This document shows positions 14,547-26,068 of a stretch of 64,000 nucleotides of DNA, one piece after another. Source of the stretch: the human T2T-CHM13v2.0 reference genome, Homo sapiens; NCBI RefSeq assembly GCF_009914755.1, contig NC_060931.1; one strand, 5' to 3'. The translations under genes and the position numbers were made by a program. The notes under the pieces are model-generated. The model worked only from the letters and a program-made list of their open reading frames with translations. It ran no database searches and was not told where the DNA came from. Within the stretch, counting starts at the first letter, position 1. Every line of letters starts with the position of its first letter.

Positions 14547-14970
14547 CTCAGATTCCTAAGTTACTTGTCAGAAATGCCTATTTCTTGGGATTACACTTCT
14601 CTCTGCAAATGTCTGTGAAATTCCTGTTAAATTCTTTATGGATCATGCACATGCTACTAAGTTAATTATGAAATTTAGTGTTTAACGCAGGTCAGTTGCA
14701 AAAACAAGAATATTGCTTGCTTCAACCCAGGAGGACAGGTTATTGCCTAAAAGATACACAACACCTAGTATGATGCCTTCAAACTTAAAGAAAGGTTTGT
14801 ATCTGTGGGTGAAGAAAAGCAGTTAAACCAGAAACTTCCACAAAAACAAGTCTAGTAGAACTGAGCTGATTGCCAAAGTGTGGGAGAAAAAGGGCCAGCA
14901 AAAAAATGGTTAACACTAGCCTTCTGAGGAGGCCGCCCAGAGCCTGGCCAGAGAGGAGCCAGAGAGGAGC

Positions 14971-15223
14971 GGGGCGGAGGGGGCCTATAAAGCCCTGTGC
15001 CAAGGGGCAGACTCACTGGCTCAGAGGGAGGACGCACCCGCCAGCCAGCCGGGAACCTTCCCTCGCGGGCTCCCAGGGCGGGTCTCTTCCTCTCTCTAGC
15101 CCTGCTCAGGCATTCGGCAGGTCCAGCAGAGGTACACCTCCTGCAGCGGGTTCCAAGTGCACCTCCAGCCTGATGGGCCTGACCAAGGAGGCTTCCAGGA
15201 GCACAGAAGGGGCTGCAACCCAG
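14971..15223 (+). promoter_or_regulatory. GPER1: GC box + TATA promoter and alternative non-coding first exon of GPER1
   Basis: GGGGCGGAGG at 14971-14980 and TATAAA at 14986-14991 (predicted TSS ~15015-15020); donor CAG|GTAGGA at 15223/15224. Confidence 0.7.
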
Positions 15224-16270
15224 GTAGGACTCAGCCTCGGCCTGGCGGTGCCATACCACTGACTAGGGGAGCGGGTGGGTGGTGCCACCCAGGCCGCTGT
15301 CCTGTTATGGGAACAGCTGAACACAGACCAGACACCTCACCCCCTGGTGAGAGCAGCACCCAGCTTCCCAAACTCAAGGCACAGACCCCTCTCCCCCGGA
15401 GCTCCGGTGGTCTCAGCGTGACCGCAGCAGGGGCTTTGCCTGGACGGCCTTTCTAACTCGTGCTGAAAGCAGGACCCAGTATTCCGTCACGTTCTGTCCC
15501 AGCAAGAACGTGTCTCACTTCAAGAAAATGAGGGTGCCCACTCTGCCCTGCCCTGCGGTGCCCCAGTCACTCTCACCAACCCTGAAGCCCTGGGAGGGCC
15601 ACACGCCTTTTGACAGATGCAGACTTAATACAGCTGACTAAAGTGTGGCTTTATTTCTCTATGACAAGCAGAGGAAATCTGAAATGAGGTATTGCACTGT
15701 TTATAACTCCATGGCCACCTCCAGTGAGGACGTGGGGCCAGTGGTGAATGGCACACTAGGTTCCTCTCACCCAGGACCACATCAGACACTAGGACACATC
15801 AGACACCAGGTCCCGTATCTTCTCGGTGTCTGGCAACGATCAAAAGACTCAATTTACATGGGAAAGAAATGAATGACTCGTTTTTAAACTATTTTTCCCT
15901 TGGAGTTCATTTAACAAAATTAGGAAAGAAAATAAACGTTAAGTTGAGGGTTCTGCCCACCTTTAAACTTCCTGCCACGCCACGGTCTAATACGTTCCAA
16001 AATTTCTACATTTAAAGAGCAAAACAAGTCCTCTGTGCCGTTTTTAAGAAATTAAATACAGAGGCGAAATGCGGAGTCTTTCAACCTTCCCGACAGAGCC
16101 TGAGAGCAGAGGCATTTATGCTGTTCAATGGTATTATCTACTAAAGATGAATCAAGAGTGCAAAATAACCAAAATCAAATTCACCAGCCCCAGCTAAGTG
16201 AAGGTTATTCAGTACTTTTAGAATAACTGACACAGAGGCAGTGATTCATCTTGTCTTCCCCACCCGCCTG

Positions 16271-16626
<356 letters not shown>

Positions 16627-16671
16627 TAAATCTCTAGTCTGGTTTTGTAGCACTTCAAAACAATAACCCCT

Positions 16672-17014
<343 letters not shown>

Positions 17015-17239
17015 TCAAACCCATTTTGAAGTGTTAGTTTACTCCAGGGCACCAGCACCATCTGGGCCAGGTAATTCTCTGCTGGGCTTGGGCACCTGTC
17101 CTAGGCACTGTAGGGAGCTGAGCGGCAGCCCTGGCCCCACCAGCACCCCCCTGTGACTGCCCCCGCATCCCCAGAGACTGCCAGTGTCTGCAGGCTGAGA
17201 CCCCCGTGGCCCGCTGCATAGAGAACTTCCAGGAGCACA

Positions 17240-17530
17240 GTGACACGGGGCAGGTGACGGGACCCTCCCCACTGGCGGCAGAGCCGGGGTGACACGGGGC
17301 AGGTGACAGGACCTCCCCACTCGCAGCAGGGCCAGGGTGACACGGGGTGGGTGATGGGACCCTCCCCACTGGCGGCAGAGCCGGGGTGACACAGGGCAGG
17401 TGATGGGACCCTACCCACTGGCGGCAGAGCCGGGGTGACACGGGGCGGGTGACGGGACCTCTCCACTGGCGGCAGAGCCAGGGTGACACGGGGTGGGTGA
17501 CGGGACCCTCCCCACTGGCGGCAGAGCCCG
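17240..17530. repeat. ~49-bp VNTR, 6 copies, in the GPER1 intron
   Basis: Unit gtgacacggggcaggtgacgggaccctccccactggcggcagagccggg. Confidence 0.93.
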
Positions 17531-17989
17531 GGCACCGCCGTGGGCGGACAGCCCACTTCTCCCTCTCTGCAGAGGATAAGCTCGGGAGGGACTCTCTCCC
17601 TGGAGTTTCTTCCTAGGTTACAAACAGCATTGCAAAAACATATTAGGTTTTACAATAATTTGTTAAAACATGAAATAAAAACGTACATATTATTTCCCAA
17701 AACAATGACCCCTTTCACTCTATATTACGAAAATAAGTTTATTTTTGGTACCTAGAACACAGAACTAGCATGAGGAAACCGCTGAACTTCTGTTTTATCG
17801 TAAGAGAAGATTCTGCTCTGATGTCCAGCTTTCTGGACCCACTCTCTCTCTCTCAGAAACACTGGCTTTCCCTTCCTATCTTACTTCTCCATCAGCTGCT
17901 GAAATGCATTTTCCCCTCTCCTCACAAATGCCGTTGTCCTGGGGCGGCCGTGCCCATACCTTCATTGCTTCCTGGGCCTGCTCTGTGGC

Positions 17990-18028
17990 TATAAAGGGAA
18001 AAACACCCCTGCCTGTGGGAGTGACTCA
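17990..18028 (+). promoter_or_regulatory. Proximal TATA box and AP-1 site upstream of the GPER1 coding exon
   Basis: TATAAA at 17990-17995; TGACTCA at 18022-18028. Confidence 0.45.
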
Positions 18029-18599
18029 CGTCCAGCCTCCAGCTGCAGCTGAGCAGCCGTGGGACCTGCAGGAAAGAAGGCCATGTACTTCCCACAGGCG
18101 ACTCTTCCACCTCAGCTCAACCACAGCCACCTCCCGAGCTCATAAAGCTGAGGTTCTGGCCCTCCCCAGTGCTCCTGACACACCCAGACTCTACAGACAC
18201 CCGGCCAGGGGAGCCAGGCCTTGTCCCAAAGCTGGGGCCACTCGATGAGACTTCATCCTCTCCTGTTGCTTCTCCAGGTACCCAGAGAGTGAGCAGCTCC
18301 ACGCGGGACTGTGCACGGTGGCCGACACCCGCAGGGACGCCCGCCGGACGAGCACGCGGAGGGCCCTCGCCTCCACGGATGCACCATGCCGGTGTGAGGA
18401 GCATCTGTTCTTCCCACTCTCTGCAGTTAACAAACCCAACCCAAACCACCACAGGTGCTCCTCCTGGGGAGTTTCCTGTCTGACAAATGCCAGGCTCACT
18501 TCAAGGAGAATCACGCTTCTTTCTAAAGATGGATTCACCATTTAAAACAGAGCTCTGGGAGCCTTTCGGCAAATCTTGAAAGCTGCACGGCGCAGAGAC

Positions 18600-19727
18600 A
18601 TGGATGTGACTTCCCAAGCCCGGGGCGTGGGCCTGGAGATGTACCTAGGCACCGCGCAGCCTGCGGCCCCCAACACCACCTCCCCCGAGCTCAACCTGTC
18701 CCACCCGCTCCTGGGCACCGCCCTGGCCAATGGGACAGGTGAGCTCTCGGAGCACCAGCAGTACGTGATCGGCCTGTTCCTCTCGTGCCTCTACACCATC
18801 TTCCTCTTCCCCATCGGCTTTGTGGGCAACATCCTGATCCTGGTGGTGAACATCAGCTTCCGCGAGAAGATGACCATCCCCGACCTGTACTTCATCAACC
18901 TGGCGGTGGCGGACCTCATCCTGGTGGCCGACTCCCTCATTGAGGTGTTCAACCTGCACGAGCGGTACTACGACATCGCCGTCCTGTGCACCTTCATGTC
19001 GCTCTTCCTGCAGGTCAACATGTACAGCAGCGTCTTCTTCCTCACCTGGATGAGCTTCGACCGCTACATCGCCCTGGCCAGGGCCATGCGCTGCAGCCTG
19101 TTCCGCACCAAGCACCACGCCCGGCTGAGCTGTGGCCTCATCTGGATGGCATCCGTGTCAGCCACGCTGGTGCCCTTCACCGCCGTGCACCTGCAGCACA
19201 CCGACGAGGCCTGCTTCTGTTTCGCGGATGTCCGGGAGGTGCAGTGGCTCGAGGTCACGCTGGGCTTCATCGTGCCCTTCGCCATCATCGGCCTGTGCTA
19301 CTCCCTCATTGTCCGGGTGCTGGTCAGGGCGCACCGGCACCGTGGGCTGCGGCCCCGGCGGCAGAAGGCGCTCCGCATGATCCTCGCGGTGGTGCTGGTC
19401 TTCTTCGTCTGCTGGCTGCCGGAGAACGTCTTCATCAGCGTGCACCTCCTGCAGCGGACGCAGCCTGGGGCCGCTCCCTGCAAGCAGTCTTTCCGCCATG
19501 CCCACCCCCTCACGGGCCACATTGTCAACCTCGCCGCCTTCTCCAACAGCTGCCTAAACCCCCTCATCTACAGCTTTCTCGGGGAGACCTTCAGGGACAA
19601 GCTGAGGCTGTACATTGAGCAGAAAACAAATTTGCCGGCCCTGAACCGCTTCTGTCACGCTGCCCTGAAGGCCGTCATTCCAGACAGCACTGAGCAGTCG
19701 GATGTGAGGTTCAGCAGTGCCGTGTAG
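18600..19727 (+). CDS. GPER1: G protein-coupled estrogen receptor 1 (GPR30), 375 aa class A GPCR, intronless CDS; P16L allele
   Basis: ATG at 18600 in strong Kozak context (gacATGG), 1128 nt to TAG. Protein [15 protein letters not shown]...DVRFSSAV has seven hydrophobic segments, DRY (154-156), CWLP, NPLIY, sequons N25/N32/N44 and C-terminal PDZ motif SSAV. The ORF track's start at 18576 is a TTG. Confidence 0.99.
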   Translation: MDVTSQARGVGLEMYLGTAQPAAPNTTSPELNLSHPLLGTALANGTGELSEHQQYVIGLFLSCLYTIFLFPIGFVGNILILVVNISFREKMTIPDLYFINLAVADLILVADSLIEVFNLHERYYDIAVLCTFMSLFLQVNMYSSVFFLTWMSFDRYIALARAMRCSLFRTKHHARLSCGLIWMASVSATLVPFTAVHLQHTDEACFCFADVREVQWLEVTLGFIVPFAIIGLCYSLIVRVLVRAHRHRGLRPRRQKALRMILAVVLVFFVCWLPENVFISVHLLQRTQPGAAPCKQSFRHAHPLTGHIVNLAAFSNSCLNPLIYSFLGETFRDKLRLYIEQKTNLPALNRFCHAALKAVIPDSTEQSDVRFSSAV

Positions 19728-20660
19728 ACAGCCTTGGCCACATAGGCCCAGCCAGGGTGTGACTCGGGAGCTGCACACACCTGGGTGGACACAAGGCACG
19801 GCCACGTCATGTCTCTAAACTGCGGTCAGATGTGGCTTCTGGCTCCTCGGGGCCTCGCGAGGGTCACGCTTGCCTGGTCACCCTGGGGCTGCTTAGGAAA
19901 CCTCACGACTGGTCACCTTGCACTCCTCACACAGAATTGCTACAATCCCAAAGCGCTCGCCCCGCAGGGTCCAAAGGCCAGCAGTGACCAGCCTGTCACC
20001 CAGCTCCTCCCCGCCAACCCTGCCTGCCGCTGCACCTGCCTGCCGCTGCAGGAAACATTTCTGACACCGTCGACCAGGAAAGCCACACGGAGAGGCCACT
20101 GTGGGTGAAGCGCCTCAGTTACACAGGAACCCTAAAGCAAATCTGCCACCGTGGGGGAACTGACGCTGGAGATGCAAGGTGCTGGTGGGTCTGAGCTGGA
20201 CGTCGCGGTGTGTCCTCTGTGCCCACGGTCTGAGCTAGCTAGCGCACCGCCGAGTTAAAGAGGAGAAGGAAAACATGCTGCTCTGGTGCACGCCTGAGCG
20301 TCCTCCATCTTCCAGGATGGCAGCAATGGCGCTGTGCGGCCTCACCAGGCCCACGAGGAGCAGCAGCGCTCGGCCCGGAGCAGCAGGAAGGCCCCTCTGT
20401 GGAGCGCCCGCCGTCTGCTCCGGGGTGGTTCAGTCACTGCTTGTTGACATCAACATGGCAATTGCACTCATGTGGACTGGGACCGTGCGAGCTGCCGTGT
20501 GGGTTAGTCGGGTGCCAGGACAATGAAATACTCCAGCACGTGTGGCTGACGAATTTGTTTCTACAGAAATAACAGCTGGGGACAACTGCGGTGATGATGT
20601 AAAAACCTTCCCATAAAATGTAAGAAAAGCTGATGAGGCTGGTGACGTTCAGCCTTTGTC

Positions 20661-20666
20661 AATAAA
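20661..20666 (+). terminator. GPER1: GPER1 polyadenylation signal AATAAA
   Basis: Canonical hexamer ~930 nt after the stop codon, followed by GT-rich sequence (ctctgtcttgggggtct). Confidence 0.85.
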
Positions 20667-21437
20667 CCTGTCATGTGCGGATCCTTCCGGAGGCTCTGTC
20701 TTGGGGGTCTGCCAAGTGGGGTGGGACGTGGGGTGGGCATGGGGCACTCGGGAGAATCCCTCCCCCCTCACAGAAAACACAGCCCTCCCCTGCCACCCTG
20801 AAAACTCTCACAAGGCCAGCCTCTGAGTCCGGCCAGCCGGACCTAACCTGGCATTTCCAGGCTGTCCAAAATGCCGTGGGGGCACTTCTGTGTCATGCTT
20901 GGGTGCCATGACAAGCTTCCCATGAATGTAGGAGGCAGGGCTCAGCCTTGTCCAGCAGCCTGTGCGACCTAAGCTGCCTTTCTAGAAGGCTCTCGGCCGC
21001 GTGCGAGGCCCAAGAGCTCTGCGGCACCCAAGCGCTCCTGGAGCAGCCGGCCGGGAAGGTTCCTGCTCCTTCTCCCATCACCGGGGCTGGATTCTGGCGC
21101 TGCTCCCCTCCTTTCCCGCCTCACCCACCTGGCAGCAGCTGTCCCTGATGTTAACAAGGTGCACCTGAACCAGTGCCTGCTTCTCCGTCTTCACAGAAAC
21201 CTGCGCAGGGCGTCGGGATGTGTGGGTGAAGGGAACTAGCCACCTGTACTACCCCCTCACTTTTCCTGTGTTTGCGGTTCTGGTCTGTTTAAAAGCTATG
21301 ATACTGTTTTTTATTTGTGATAACATAAAGTTTGATATGCAAACATATTGAAAGGAAAAGGCCAATTAAAGAAAACATCTGCAAAAGAGCAGGGGGTGAA
21401 CGGGTGCGGCACAATGAAGACTGAACGCAGCCATGTT

Positions 21438-21632
21438 GAGTCCAGGAAACTCTCTCCTCCTGTCTGTGGGACATAACACAACCACAGTGAGTCCAGGAAA
21501 CTCTCTCCTCCCGTCCATGGGACATAACATAACCACACATGAGCCCAGGAAACTCTCTCTCCTCCTGTCTGTGGGACATAACACAACCACAGTGAGCCCA
21601 GTAAAACCTCTCTCCTCCCGTCTGTGGGACAT
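21438..21632. repeat. ~51-bp tandem repeat, ~4 copies
   Basis: Unit gagtccaggaaactctctcctcctgtctgtgggacataacacaaccacagt. Confidence 0.9.
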
Positions 21633-24600
21633 GAAGCTGTGTGTCGGTGGGTGTGGGAAGCCTGGGTCTCTCAGGCAGGTGGGGCCTGTATTCTCCATGA
21701 CCCCAGCACCGTGGTGCTGGGCTCCTCAGGAACAGAGCGCTGCCCAGACCGTGGCCTGCAGGAGCGGCCTCTGTGCCCACTTCTATCAGGATTGCTTTCC
21801 TCATAAATGGCTCACCGGGAAGCCTGGGAACAGGGCGGCTCCCACACACTAACAGGTCTCGTGGAAGTGGAGATTGCTGTGGGGTGGCCAAGCCAGAAGC
21901 CAGGCTCACGTGTGGCACAGTCCTGCAGAACACCGTGCGTGGCTTGAGCCACGACTCAGGCCCGGCGCACCCCTCCCTCTGCCCTTCCAGAGCCTGCCCT
22001 GCAAGTCACCCCAGCTAAAAGGACATGGCCATCACACTGACATCCGTGCTCTGGAGCTCCTTCCAGGCCCCAGGGATGAGACTTGCCCTCCTCCCCAGGG
22101 ATGTACTCGCTCAATGCCCAGGACAGCCAGGCAGCAGCCCCCCAAACCCCCACCCCCCACACCTGGGCGCTGTCTTTACAACAATACCCAGGACAGTCAC
22201 GCAGCAGCCCCCAAACCCCCCTCCCCGACACCCGGGCACTCTCTTTACAAGATGCATGCTTCAATGAAGCTCCCCTTTTGACCTCAGTGTTGCTGATGGG
22301 GAAAAACCATCCAAGTCCCAGAAAGCAGGCGGGGTGGGTGCTCTACCACCAGGCACCCAACTACCTGTCAGGCATTCCCCACACACAGTCCCGTTCACAT
22401 AGCTTCAACAGGGGCAAGGGCAGACGCTTTAAAATACGCAGACGAGAGACCCAGCATTTCTGACTTCCAGTTCTGACGAGCTGACGTGGGGAGACCCACA
22501 CGGAACGTGGTCTGGTCCCCACCCCTCACAGCAGCCCCGTGGGGTAAGCGCTGTCCCCACCACACCAAGGAGGCACTAGAAGGGTCAGTCACTGCTCGAA
22601 GCCTTAAATGGTGGGTGACACAGCCAGGAATTCAGCCACGCTCTCCTGGCTCAAAGCCCACAAGCTCTGTAGCACTCGGCAACCCCTGGCGTCTAACTGG
22701 CAAAAGCACGCCATGCAGAAATCATACAGGGCTGGGGGCCATGGGCATCGAGGGGTCACCCAAGGTCACCAGCCCAACCTCCTCTAAAGCCTGCTGTGCG
22801 GGAAGTGCAGGGACGGCAGCAGCGGCAGCGGGGAGGGCTCCCTTAAGGTGATCTGGGTGGGAACTGCGTCTGAACAGAGCCCCAGGCATCAATCAGGGAC
22901 GGGACTCAACTCATTCCTCCACGTCAACCCACCACAGGGAACAGTGCTGACTGTGGCGTCCTTCCCTCCCTGCCACAGACGCGGCTTCCATCCTGCCCGC
23001 ACCAGACACCGCTGTTGAGTGCGTGGAAGCGTCACGCCGCCCCACTACGCCGCTCCTCTCCGCCAGGTCTCTTCTGGGGACTTGCCCAAGGCTCTGGGCA
23101 GACAGAGCTGACACGCCGCCATCTAGCCGCCGGAAGCAGACTCTTGACCTGTGAAGCTGGCGGCGGCACTGCTCTGAGGCCAGTCACACGAGCGACAGGC
23201 ACCCAGCAGCCAAGCCACCGGGCTGCGGTAAGGGCAGGTGCAACACTGAGGTCCCCACGCAGTAGAGCCAGCCTTGGACCCTGGGCCCTGGAGTCCCTGA
23301 CCCTGAGATCCCAGAGCTGGGAGCTGTAGGACAGAGACCAGCAGGCCGGGCAGGGACTCCGTGGGTGCCGCCGGCGCAGCCACACACGCCCTTCTCAAGC
23401 GCTTGCCTGGGAGCCAGGGCAAATGTAATTGTTTTTGGCAGGCCCACGGTGAGATAAAATCAAGGCGTCTTAACTGCTCTGCTGTCTCCTGGTAACCCAA
23501 CTCTCCTACATGAGTGCTTTTTAAACCCAGAAAGAGCTCAAAAGTACATAGCTGCAAGCATGGGAAAAACCCCCGTGTTAGCACTGAACGTGACCTCCTC
23601 GTTCTTTGTGCTTAACAATTAACTCTTGACCTCACGAGAGTGACACGGCTTACCCGCCCTTCCCAGGCCCCGCACCTCCCACTCAGTGAGAAGCGGCAGC
23701 GGTGGGCTCACTAATGCTCACGCGCCCACTCACCTGCAGTCTTGGGGGGCAGGGTGGGGGAGAGAACTACAAAGAAACCTTCTTAGGAGGGTGTTTCTGT
23801 GGCGGGGTGGGAAGCCATTCCAAAGCCGTCCTAGACACCCCGTGAACTGGGCACATGAGGCAATGTGAGGAGGCTCCTGAAGCCGGGGCTCTCCCAGCAG
23901 AGGCGGGAGACAGGGCAGGCGAGGGGAGCCCATGGGAACGGGTCAGGGCTGAGGACAAGGCTTAACCCAGACATTGAAAGTAAGAAGCAGCACACAGACT
24001 ACGCGAGTACGTTTGAACACTCACAGACACACGCTCACATGTTCCAAGCTCTATCTCTGCAGCCCACCTGCACAGGGCCTGGCCCCGAACACTGCCACCC
24101 TCCAGAAGGGCCCAGGACTCCGGGAGAAATGGCTGATTTGGGCCGGGGCAGGGAGAGACAAGATGAGCCTGGGACAGGTGATTCTGGTTGAGACAAGAAA
24201 GGCTCCAAGAGCACGTCGGGTGACACCCAAAGGACACGGTGTCCTCGCCAAAGCTGGGACAACGTGAGCAGTAAGATGAGTAAGAAGAGACAATCGTGAT
24301 AGACCATGAAAAGCAGGAGTCTGCAAGTCTACTCCAACAACAAACAGACCTAATATAATTTAAATAAAATGAAAGAATGCATGAATGGGAAGAGTCTCGT
24401 TTCTAATAAAGTGCTGGCTGGTAAAGTAGTTGGAAAAGCATCACTCTGCACCTTTCAGAGGGAGACGGGGGCAGGTAAGAGTCACAAATGGAGGGCGAAT
24501 CTCAGGGGGCAGTGAGGTGCAGGGGACTGCAGAGCCTACCTGTCCCCCACGGATGGCTCATTAGTGCTCGGGGAAAGGTCACCACACAGTGGAGACGGGA

Positions 24601-25039
24601 CAGCCCCTCGCTGGGTGATCACATGGGCAGCACCAACAAGGAGGCCGGTCCAGATGCTACACCCTGAGAAGGGTGCGTCTCGTGCTGTCATCTAGGAACG
24701 CACAGCCTGAGTCTCATCAGGAGGGAATGTGAGATAAACAGGAAGGGAGGACGGGGAACCAGGATGCATCAAAAATGTCCATGTGACAAAAGACAAAGGC
24801 AGAGCAATCATCCCAAACTCAGAAGGAGGAAAGAGATGTAACAATTCGACACAACAGGGATCCTAGATGGGTGCTCTACCAGAAGGAAAAGAGCGTCGTG
24901 AAGGATTTTATGGGGTCAGTCGACAAGAATGGAATACCCCGGGAGATAAAAGTGCTGCCTCAAAGTCCATTTCCCGAGATGGGCAACAATGCCTCTTAGG
25001 AAGCCCACACTGGAGTGTGCAGAGGGAAAAGACGGGACT

Positions 25040-25870
25040 GTGCGAGTCACCCCCAAGAGGCTCCGTGGCGGCAGGATGCACACAGCAAGTGGGGTGGGTG
25101 CACAGCAAATGCACAGGACAAACGTTATCCACTCCACGCCCATGGATCAACCTCAAAGAACCGGAAACATGCATCCAAGCAAGCATTTGTTCGTGAATGT
25201 CCACAGCAGCACTGTCCACAAGAATCAACACGTGGAAACAACCCAGATGTCCATAAGCCAATAGACGGAGAAACGAAATCAATCTATCCAACAGTGGAAT
25301 ATTACTCTGCCATGAAAAGGAACAAAGCGTGGACCACACCACAGCATGGTGGACCTGGAAATGCCACAGTCAGGAAGATAAAGTCACAGTCAGGGAGATA
25401 AAGCAGACACGAGTGGAGACGCCACGCTCGGTGAGATAAAGCAGACACGAGTGGAGCTGCCACGCTCAGTGAGATAAAGCAGACACGAGTGGAGCTGCCA
25501 CGCTCAGTGAGATAAAGCAGACACGAGTGGAGCTGCCACGCTCGGTGAGATAAAGCAGACACGAGTGGAGCTGCCACGCTTGGTGAGATAAAGCAGACAC
25601 GAGCACAATGTCCACTGCGTGCGTCCGCCAATGTGAAACGTGCAGGGCAGACAGGTCCACAGGACAGAAGGCTGGGAAGCGGCTGCCGGGGCTGGGGTGA
25701 GCGGGGGACGGGGAGCCACTGCTGACAGGCAATGGAGTTTCCCTGGGGGTGAAGAAAACATTCTAAAATTAGATTGTGGCGATGGCTGCACAAGTCTGTG
25801 ACTAAAAATCACCGAGGTACACACTTCAGAAGAGTGGATTTCTGCTATGTAAATTACATCTCAGTAAAGC
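25040..25870 (+). mobile_element. Old L1M 3' UTR fossil (similar fragments at ~7030-7215, 37500-37715 and 39470-39800)
   Basis: gaaacaacccagatgtccat, cagtggaatattactctgccatgaaaaggaac, ttctaaaattagattgtggcgatggctgcacaa. Confidence 0.75.
25395..25603. repeat. 38-bp VNTR, ~5.5 copies, inside an old L1 3' UTR
   Basis: Unit gagataaagcagacacgagtggagctgccacgctcagt at 25395, 25433, 25471, 25509, 25547 and 25585. Confidence 0.95.
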
Positions 25871-25909
25871 TGCCATTGAGACCACAGTACCCATTCAAGC
25901 GCCGGGCTG

Positions 25910-26068
25910 TGTTCCTGCAGCTGGCCTTCCTTTTCAGAGCCTCACTGTCATGTTCGTGCAGCGGCCTCCCCTTCCGGAGCCTCGCTGTCGCGTTCCTGCA
26001 GCCGGCCTCCCCTTCCGGAGCCTCGCTGTCGCGTTCCTGCAGCGGCCTCCCCTTCCGGAGCCTCGCTG
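25910..26068. repeat. ~40-bp tandem repeat, ~4 copies
   Basis: Unit gcagcggcctccccttccggagcctcgctgtcgcgttcct. Confidence 0.9.

Larger units (their letters stand above)
18278..20686 (+). other. GPER1: GPER1 terminal exon (5' UTR part, CDS, 3' UTR)
   Basis: Polypyrimidine acceptor tcctctcctgttgcttctccAG ends at 18277; AATAAA at 20661-20666; the 3' end is approximate. Confidence 0.85.

Noticed and set aside
18576-18599. 8-aa N-terminal extension of GPER1 in the ORF track
   Set aside because: Starts at TTG; the recognised protein begins at the strong-context ATG at 18600.
18986-19618. 210-aa alternative-frame ORF and antisense ORFs within GPER1
   Set aside because: GTG start with no internal Met; the expected shadow of high GC3 codon usage.
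19862-19874. Estrogen response element in the GPER1 3' UTR (GGTCAcgcTTGCC)
   Set aside because: Two mismatches in the second half-site; half-sites are common.
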